Origin: Octopus vulgaris
Taxonomy: Eukaryota
Assembly (NCBI GenBank): GCA_951406725.2
Contig: OX597822.1
Location: 34,162,001 to 34,226,000, forward strand
Length of the DNA: 64,000 nucleotides
Direction: 5' to 3'
Shown here: positions 55,250 through 64,000 of the stretch, piece by piece
Layout: the number at the start of each line of letters is the position of its first letter
How positions within the stretch are numbered: the first letter of the stretch is position 1
Translations under genes and position numbers: made by a program
Notes under the pieces: model-generated
What the model was told of the DNA's origin: nothing
Databases searched by the model: none
What the model saw: the letters and a program-made list of their open reading frames with translations, nothing else

Positions 55250-55395
55250 GCCACTACACATTCTTTATTTTCTCTCGTTGCTTCTTTCTGTGTTCCTTTC
55301 TGTGGAAGAGCGTAGGCTTGAAACGTTAAAGACTTTTTTACTTCCTGAGCGTTATACTAATACATCTGTTTGTTGTCTACACCACCTGTCTTCGT
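55250..55395 (+). mobile_element. Solo fragment of a related Penelope pseudo-LTR, inside a SINE
   Basis: ctttctgtggaagagcgtaggcttgaaacgttaaagac...cttcctgagcg...caccacctgtcttcgt aligns by eye with 57400-57520. Another related fragment lies at about 56786-56880. Confidence 0.7.
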
Positions 55396-57129
55396 AAATA
55401 CACCACCATCGGGTGTCAAGCGATGTTGGGGGGAACAAACACAGACATACAAATATATACACACACATACATATATATATATATACATACATATATACGA
55501 CGGGCTTTTTTCAGTTTCCGTCGACCAAATCCACTCACAAGGCTTTGGTCGGCCCGAGTCTATATTAGAAGACATTTGCTCAAGGTGCCACGCAGTGGGA
55601 CTGAACGCGGAACCATGTGGTTGGCAAGCAAACTACTTACCACACAGCCACTCCTGCGCCTATGTTTATATATTTGTGGCAAACAACCACTCGCAATATT
55701 TACACGCGTTTAAAGACGACCGCTTCAGAAATAACAGGAAGAGATGCTTGCTACATGTTGGCATTTGCTGCCTGAATAGCGTAGACAAGCATACTCACAA
55801 ATTAATTTCAAATGAAAAATGAAAAGCAAAAGAACGTTTAGGACGGAAACAGACATTGAAGAAACGCCAAGCATTATCAAGGGAAGAGACATGTAAATGG
55901 TGTTGAAATTGCTAATTTGAATGGGGAAAACAGTAAGAATGACAACATAATCGCGACCAAACGACAATAATTTTTTCTTTTGGAAGCGTTGCACATCACA
56001 AAGTGTTCCTTGACATGAGCCAGCCTAAGGAAATGTAGGTATGAACGAGGCATATCACAAAAATCAGTGCACTACTTGCCCTTGCTTATCACAGGAGCAG
56101 TGTGTGTGTGTGCCTCTGTGTGTGTATGTGTATGTATGTGTATGTGTGTGTGTACGTGTGTGTGTACGTGTGTGCGCGTGTGTATGTACGCGTGTGCGTG
56201 CGTTTTTCTGCGTGCGTGTGCGTGTGTGTGCGTGTGTGTGCGTGTGTGTGCGTATGTGTGTGTGTGTGCGTGTGCGTGTGTGCGTGTGTACGTACGTGTG
56301 TGCGTGCGTGTGCGTATGTGTTTGTGTGTACGTGTGTGTATGTGCGTGCGTGTGCGTGTACATCACCTACATCACGAGCACCACTAGCACCAATAGCACC
56401 ACCAGCGACACTAGCACCCCCAACATCACCACCACTAGCACCACCAGCACCACCAACACCATTACTATCACCATCACCACAAGCACCGCTAGCAACAGCA
56501 GCACCACTAGCACCACCAACACCACAAGCACCACTAGCACCACCACTACCACAAGTAACACTAGCAACACCAGCACCAATAGCATCACTAGCACCACCAG
56601 TACCAGTAGCACCACCAGCACCACTATCACCACCATTAGGCTTACAAAGAATAAGTATGGGGTCGATTTCTTCGACTAAAAACCCTTTAAAGTGGTGCTC
56701 CAGTACGGCCGCAGTCAAATGACTGAAACAAGTAAAAGAATAAAATAATAAATGAATATACATGATAGATCGCTAGCCACTAGCAACGTTAAAGACTTTT
56801 TCACTTCCCGATCGTTAAACTAATACATCTATTTGTTGTCTACACCACCTGTCTTCGTCTTTTGTTTTTAGCGAATTCTCCGCCATACTAATACATACAC
56901 CAACTAATACATACTAATACGTACTAATACATACTAATACATACTAATACATACACCAACCCTATACATACACACGTCCAGACCCCTCATACGCACTTAT
57001 ACTCTCTCATACACACACACACACACTTATACATACTAATACGTACTAATACATACTAATACATACTAATACATACACCAACCCCATACATACGCACGTC
57101 CAGACCTATCCTACGCACTAATACTCTCT

Positions 57130-57164
<35 letters not shown>

Positions 57165-57407
57165 ATACATACTAATACATACTAATACATACACCAACCC
57201 TATACATACACACGTCCAGACCTCTCCTACGCACTAATAGCTGGTCATTCAACCCTATTATCAACCCTATTATCTCCCCTTATTTCGCTCTCGCGTCTCA
57301 TGTTTGATCTTTGACCTCTGGCCGAAATCAGATCGCCATGTTGATTCGTTAGTTACTGCACGCATTTTTTTCTCTCCTTCTTTCTGTGTTTTTTTTCTCT
57401 CTGTGTA

Positions 57408-57445
57408 TCTTTCTGTTGAAGAGCGTAGGCTCGAAACGTTAAAGA
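57408..57445 (+). ncRNA. Minimal type I hammerhead-like motif in the 5' pseudo-LTR
   Basis: TCTTT CTGTTGA A GAGC-GTAG-GCTC GAAA CG TT AAAGA: stem I, variant core, stem II and a palindromic AACGTT in place of stem III. Confidence 0.6.
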
Positions 57446-58181
57446 CTTGTTTTATTTATATTTCCTGAGCGCCATACTAATACAATTGTTTGTTTGTTTT
57501 CCACCTGCCTTCGTCTTTTGTCTATTTTCATAAAGCTTCCCGTTATATATTATGCGCTCACGTGGTCTCACTTTCATCCTATATTCTACCAATACCACTA
57601 TCAACACTTACCTCTACCTTGGATTTTCTTTACCTCTTGGATACTTACCATTGGCTGCACCTCTCTTTCGCGGATCAAAGTGACTTTGCATTGATGTGAA
57701 ATCCTTAAAAAAATATACCACGACGTCTACACATTTCTCACCTTGAACTTTCAACCTTGAACTTGTTCGCATAAACTGTCCCGTTTGTTGTATTTTTATT
57801 TTCTCATATATTACCACTTTTTTTACATTCATTTCATGCTTTCCACATTTTCCTGCATTTTTGTTCTCCTTTCCGTCTTTCTCCCTCTCTGGATGTCAAT
57901 ACTCTGTTTCCTCTGCCTGCACCCCCTTTTTTGCCTCCCCCTCTCTCTGCTTCCCTTCTTTCTTTCCCTTTTCCGTTTGCCCCGTCTTTTCTGCCCCTAT
58001 CGCTTACTTATCTAGTTTTTTCATACGATTATTATTTTTTTGTTTTTTTGAACGTTTGTTTTTTCCCCTTTTTTTTTGCTATCCTTTTTTTCTATTTTTT
58101 TCATACGATAATTTTTTGTTTTTTGTTTTTTTTGTTTTTTTTTGTTTTTTCGAACGTTTGTTTTTTTTCCGCTATCCCATC

Positions 58182-61078
58182 ATGCCGGATCCTAGGTCCT
58201 ACCTCCTCACCCTCCATCATCGTTTGAAGGATCATCTCCGCTCTCTTCCTGTATATTGCTTTCAGCCGTCCGTTAATCTCTCTCTACTTCTTTTTAAAAA
58301 ACCCGCTTCTCTAGCCATGTCTCTTTCCTAAGCCGCTGCCTACATCACCGACTCATCCCTAAAGGTTTCCGCCTCCACTTCCACCCTGCTCTCCACTCGG
58401 ATTCTTCCATCTTACCCATACTCCGCACCACATCTTACCGCCTTATGCGGGCCACCATTCGCTCCAATCTCTCTAAACTACATGCCATCAACCGCCTTCT
58501 TCCTCCTGCTTTCTCCACCTTCTTCTCCTCTCTGCCGCCTCTCTATGCTCCAAACACGCTACGCTTCATTATCCATTTGAATCAACTCTTCCATCAATTT
58601 CTTTCTGATACCAAACTTCGTAAACTCCAATCACTCTTCCATTCCACCCTACCCGACGCCACTACACCAACTCCTCCACCACCCTTCTCCCCTCCCGATA
58701 GGCTCCATCCACCCACACCTAACCCCACTGCCCCTCCCTACAACCCCTTCTCCCCTCCCGATAGGCTCCATCCACCTACACCTAACCCTACTGCCCCCCA
58801 ACCACCCCACACACCTCCCCAATCCCTCCCCCCAGACCTCCACGAGACCTACCACCCCTCCTACTTCTATTCCACCCATCCCTTCTCCACTTCCGTCTGT
58901 TGTTACCATTCCCCCCGATCTCCCCCTCTCTGCGGCTGAACGCTCCGTCCTTGGTAGGGGTCTGCGTTTCATCCCCCTCACTCCATCCTGTAAGGAATTC
59001 CAGACGCGAGTTGATGTCCACAGCTTTGTGCGCCGTGTCCGGTTGGGTGCGCATTACCACGACTCGCCACCCACACCCAACGAAGAGGACTGCTTCACTG
59101 GCCTGGGCCGCCGACCATCCCCGTGGACGCCTGCCCCTGGCCAGATCCTAGCAGTGGATCTTTTCGCGGGCGCTTGTCAGCGTGCATTGGAGCGGTTCAA
59201 CTTCTCCAGGCGCCAACGCCGCCTCAACATCTCCCCGGCTGAGCTCTTGGCTCTTCGTTCCCTCCAACGGCGCGCTGACATTATCATCAAACCGGCTGAC
59301 AAGGGTGGAGCTGTAGTGGTGTGGCGCGCGGACCTCTATAGGGCCGAGGCTTTCCGCCAACTCAATGACACCTCCTTCTATTCCCCTCTGCCCTCTAACC
59401 CCACACGTAGCTACCAACAGACGGTATCCTCTACTGTCCGCGACCTCATCTTGTCCTCCCGTCTCCCCCGCACCGCATCCAACCTAATTGTGCGAACCCC
59501 ACGTACCCCCACCATTTACTTCCTCCCCAAAATCCACAAACCCAACAACCCTGGCCGCCCCATCGTCTCCGCCTGTAACTGCCCCACGGAGCTCATCTCT
59601 AAATACCTCGACCGTGTCCTTGCCCCCCTAGTGGCATCTCTTCCCTCCCACATCCACGATACCAACCATGCTCTCCGGCTTTTCAACTCTTTCTCCTTTC
59701 CTCCCGGCTCCTCCAAAATCCTTTTTACTATGGACATCCAAAGCCTCTATACTGTTATCCCTCACCACGAAGGACTGCAGGCCCTTCGACACTTTCTTGA
59801 CCTCCGCTCTAACCCTGTACCTGACACCTCCACACTCATTCGTCTGGCCGAACTTGTCCTTACTCTGAACTGCTTCTCGTTCGCGGGCGAGTTCTACCAT
59901 CAGGTCTCGGGAGTGGCCATGGGAACGCGAATGGGCCCCAACTATGCGAACCTGTTCGTTGGCTATGTTGAGGCCCAAATATTCTCTAATTTCACTGGTC
60001 CCACTCCTGAACTATATGGTCGTTACATTGACGACATTATCGGTGCCACCTCACTCTCCCGTGAACATCTAGATTCCTTCCTCTCTTTCGTCCAATCTTT
60101 CCATCCAGCCCTCCACTTCACTTCCACTATCTCCAACACCTCTGTCTCCTTCCTCGACATTTCGGTTAGCATTCTTCACTCCACTCTTACCACCTCCATT
60201 CACTACAAACACACAGACTCACACTCATACCTCAACTTCTCTTCCTCCCACCCAGAACACACCAAGCTTTCCATCCCCTATTCCCAATTCCTCCGTCTAC
60301 GTAGGCTCTGTAGTGACGACCATGACTTTGAGACTCAGTCTCAACGTATGGCTCACCACTTCACCCTACGTGGATACCCCCTCACCACTATCTACACCGC
60401 CCTTGCCAGAGCACGGTCCGTGGACCGTGTATCTGCTCTCTCTCCCCGAACCCGCCCTGTAGTCTCCCGCCTCCCTTTTCCCCTCACTTACCACCCCACG
60501 ACCCTACGTCTCCAACGCACCATTCTTCGAGCTTTCCGTCATCTCCAGTCCGACCCGTCCACTTCACACCTCATCCCTAACCGACCCCTCCCCTCTTTCA
60601 AACGAGCCCACAACCTTCGAGACCTTTTGGTCCATAGCTCCTTCCCTGACCCTACCCCCAACCCGGCTCGTTCCCCTGCTCCCACCCACGTTGCCGCACT
60701 TGCCCTTACCTCTCCAACACCACCCTCCTCACTAGCACCCACCATCGACCCTATCCCATCATCCACTCCTTCACCTGCACCTCCAGCAATATTATCTATT
60801 GCGTCTCTTGCTCTCTCTGCCATTCCTTGTACATCGGGCAAACGGGACGTCGCTATGCTTACCGGTTCGCGGAACACCTTCGTGACATCCACCTTGCGAA
60901 CGACACACCGGTCTCACGCCATTTCCGCTCAACCGGTCACTCCTTGCAACACCTATCTGTGTTCGGCTTGTCCTTACACAGAGGCCATCCGGATTCCCGT
61001 TTGCGCCGTGAACAGGAATTAATCTTCTCTCTTCGCTCTTATACGCCATTTGGTCTCAACTCTCCCCCTCCTCATCTA
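58182..61078 (+). pseudogene. Penelope-like polyprotein (N-terminal domain, RT, Cys/His linker, GIY-YIG endonuclease) with about 3 frameshifts
   Basis: Motifs HVSFLSRC...LIPKGF, IIIKPADKGGAVVV, YFLPKIHK..PGRPIVS, MDIQSLYT, GVAMGT, RYIDD, then in another frame PCSHPRCRTC, NIIYCVSCSLC, YIGQTGR, RFAEH, PVSRHF, REQELI. The 3' end is approximate. Confidence 0.9.
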
Positions 61079-61671
61079 ACCCCTCTCCCCCTCCTCACCT
61101 ATCCCCCCCGACCCCTACTTCTTCAGTCCTTCATCCTTTCACCCCTACTCCCCTTCCCTTCTTCCCTCTTTCTCCCTCCCTCCTTCCCTCTGCTCCCTCA
61201 CTCACCTTCTCTCTCCCTCTCCCTCCCCTCTCCCTCTTTCCTCCTTCCTCCCCCCTTCATTCTCCCCTCCTCTTCTCCCCCTCCCCCTCCCTCCTCTCCT
61301 CTCCCCCCTCTCCCCCCTCTTCTTCCCCTCCCATTCTCCTCCCCCTCTTCTCCCCCTCCCCCTCTTCTCCTCACTACACCACACGACTTTACACATCACA
61401 TCATATATGATGTGCCATACTAATACATACACCAACTAATACATACTAATACGTACTAATACATACTAATACATACTAATACATACACCAACCCTATACA
61501 TACACACGTCCAGACCCCTCATACGCACTTATACTCTCTCATACACACACACACACACACACACACACTTATACATACTAATACGTACTAATACATACTA
61601 ATACATACTAATACATACACCAACCCCATACATACGCACGTCCAGACCTATCCTACGCACTAATACTCTCT

Positions 61672-61706
<35 letters not shown>

Positions 61707-61938
61707 ATACATACTAATACATACACCAACCCTATACATACACACGTCCAGACCTCTCCTACGCACTAATAGCTGGTCATTCAACCCTATTATCAACCCT
61801 ATTATCTCCCCTTATTTCGCTCTCGCGTCTCATGTTTGATCTTTGACCTCTGGCCGAAATCAGATCGCCATGTTGATTCGTTAGTTACTGCACGCATTTT
61901 TTTCTCTCCTTCTTTCTGTGTTTTTTTCTCTCTGTGTA

Positions 61939-61976
61939 TCTATCTGTTGAAGAGCGTAGGCTCGAAACGTTAAAGA
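61939..61976 (+). ncRNA. Minimal hammerhead-like motif in the 3' pseudo-LTR
   Basis: Same motif as 57408-57445 with one stem I mismatch. Confidence 0.55.
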
Positions 61977-62124
61977 CGTGTTTGATTTATATTTCCTGAG
62001 CGCCATACTAATACAATTGTTTGTTTGTTTTCCACCTGCCTTCGTCTTTTGTCTATTTTCATAAAGCTTCCCGTTATATATATACATACTTACACAAACA
62101 CACACATAGTACTTATATATGCGA

Positions 62125-62186
<62 letters not shown>

Positions 62187-62454
62187 AATTAGGGATAATT
62201 ATCAATTACACCAAGTAGATTTCGGCATGTAAAAGCCCCATTCGAGGAAAATTTAAGTAATACTAAGTAATTAAGGGTTTAGCAACGAATTGCCTCACCA
62301 ACACACCGAATTTAGAAATAGCAGTCAAAGAGATATAGCTATTCATTCTACTAAAAGGGGGATCTCAGTAAAAACACAGCACTTAAAAGGCAAACACAGA
62401 CAGGTAAGAAAGAAAGAATGAAATGACGACAATCCATCATGCAATTTTAAGTTA

Positions 62455-62546
62455 CCTACGGACGTACGTTTCGAGATCAAGTTTTAGGATAGCATAAGAA
62501 TTAGAAAATTCTACTTTACCCAGACTTCTTCTCTCATCGGCGCAGG
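62455..62546 (-). ncRNA. Hammerhead motif, copy in the first unit
   Basis: Reverse complement of 63752-63843. Confidence 0.75.
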
Positions 62547-63042
62547 ATACTACAATTATGAATAATTGTATATTAAATTTTGAGATACTAGAATGCGTCA
62601 TCTCAACTCAGTGTCAGAGCGAGCCAAAGCATGACCAGTACCACGAAATTCAAAGTTTGAATGAAAGTTTGTGTCACCAGCCCCTTCCACCCGCGTGTAG
62701 CCAAGACAAAATGCTGTGGTCATTCACTGGGATAAAATATGGTTATCAGTAATAATAAAAGGGTGAAATTAATTAATTAGGGATAATTATCAATTACACC
62801 AAGTAGATTTCGGCATGTAAAAGCCCCATTCGAGGAAAATTTAAGTAATACTAAGTAATTAAGGGTTTAGCAACGAATTGCCTCACCAACACACCGAATT
62901 TAGAAATAGCAGTCAAAGAGATATAGCTATTCATTCTACTAAAAGGGGGATCTCAGTAAAAACACAGCACTTAAAAGGCAAACACAGACAGGTAAGAAAG
63001 AAAGAATGAAATGACGGCAATCCATCATGCAATTTTAAGTTA

Positions 63043-63134
63043 CCTACGGACGTACGTTTCGAGATCAAGTTTTAGGATAGCATAAGAATTAGAAAATTCT
63101 ACTTTACCCAGACTTCTTCTCTCATCGGCGCAGG
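63043..63134 (-). ncRNA. Hammerhead motif, copy in the second unit
   Basis: Same motif, 588 bp from the previous copy. Confidence 0.75.
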
Positions 63135-63751
63135 ATACTACAATTATGAAAAAACACAGCACTTAAAAGGCAAACACAGACAGGTAAGAAAGAAAGTAGA
63201 ATTTTCTAATTCTTATGCTATCCTAAAACTTGATCTCGAAACGTACGTCCGTAGGTAACTTAAAATTGCACGATGGATTGCCGTCATTTCATTCTTTCTT
63301 TCTTACCTGTCTGTGTTTGCCTTTTAAGTGCTGTGTTTTTACTGAGATCCCCCTTTTAGTAGAACGAATAGCTATATCTCTTTGACTGCTATTTCTAAAT
63401 TCGGTGTGTTGGTGAGGCAATTCGTTGCTAAACCCTTAATTACTTAGTATTACTTAAATTTTCCTCGAATGGGGCTTTTACATGCCGAAATCTACTTGGT
63501 GTAATTGATAATTATCCCTAATTAATTAATTTCACCCTTTTATTATTACTGATAACCATATTTTATCCCATTGAATGACCACAGCATTTTGTCTTGGCTA
63601 CACGCGGGTGGAAGGGGCTGGTGACACAAACTTTCAATCAAACTTTGAATTTCGTGGTACTGGTCATGCTTTGGCTCGCTCTGACACTGAGTTGAGATGA
63701 CGCATTCTAGTATCTCAAAATTTAATATACAATTATTCATAATTGTAGTAT

Positions 63752-63843
63752 CCTGCGCCGATGAGAGAAGAAGTCTGGGTAAAGTAGAATTTTCTAATTC
63801 TTATGCTATCCTAAAACTTGATCTCGAAACGTACGTCCGTAGG
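63752..63843 (+). ncRNA. Type I hammerhead ribozyme motif with a long stem II
   Basis: CCTGCG CCGATGA GAGA[long hairpin]TCTC GAAA C-GTAC-G TC CGTAGG; predicted GUC cleavage after 63837. Confidence 0.75.
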
Positions 63844-64000
63844 TAACTTAAAATTGCATGATGGATTGCCGTCATTTCATTCTTTCTTTCTTACCTGTCT
63901 GTGTTTGCCTTTTAAGTGCTGTGTTTTTACTGAGATCCCCCTTTTAGTAGAATGAATAGCTATATCTCTTTGACTGCTATTTCTAAATTCGGTGTGTTGG

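Larger units (their letters stand above)
56882..62081 (+). mobile_element. Penelope-like retroelement (Neptune-type architecture) with direct pseudo-LTRs
   Basis: About 670-bp direct repeats (56882-57550, 61414-62081) flank a frameshifted RT + GIY-YIG ORF; the 3' end runs into (TA)n. Confidence 0.93.
62186..64000. repeat. 588-bp non-coding tandem unit with an inversion (palindrome arms 62298-63105 and 63193-64000)
   Basis: agggataattatcaattacacc recurs at 62191 and 62779. From 63193 on, the sequence is the reverse complement of the preceding array. Confidence 0.95.

Noticed and set aside
56041-56763. Thr/Ala/Pro-rich ORFs of about 200 aa
   Set aside because: Built from (GT)n and (CAC/CAG)n repeats plus a SINE tail.
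58649-60892. Minus-strand ORFs overlapping the Penelope ORF
   Set aside because: Antisense shadows of C-rich coding sequence.
62558-62752. 64-aa ORF mirrored at 63546-63740
   Set aside because: Short, no recognisable domain, antisense to the hammerhead strand, and duplicated only because of the inversion.

Overview
AT-rich, microsatellite-dense animal genomic DNA. The SINE repertoire and the 5S sequence suggest a cephalopod, probably an octopus; this is inferred from memory, not from a search. One host gene is supportable: three in-frame + strand exons (18746-18897, 30426-30598, 32187-32287) encoding the C-terminal part of a small PDZ protein of PDLIM/ALP-Enigma/Zasp type, apparently without LIM domains. 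Its first coding exon was not found in the window. The rest is mostly mobile DNA: three or more modular tRNA-derived SINE families, a 5S rRNA-headed SINE-like copy, R4/Dong and RTE LINE fragments, a decayed Gypsy LTR element containing nested Helitrons and a piggyBac-like MITE, mariner/pogo relics, and a near-full-length Penelope-like element (RT + GIY-YIG) between direct pseudo-LTRs. The most notable signal is a set of hammerhead-ribozyme motifs in Penelope-related repeats that sit in (TA)n and form fold-backs, especially a non-coding 588-bp unit arranged in tandem and as an 808-bp-arm palindrome at the window end. Most ORF-track entries are microsatellite artefacts. Coordinates were read by eye and decayed-element boundaries are approximate.
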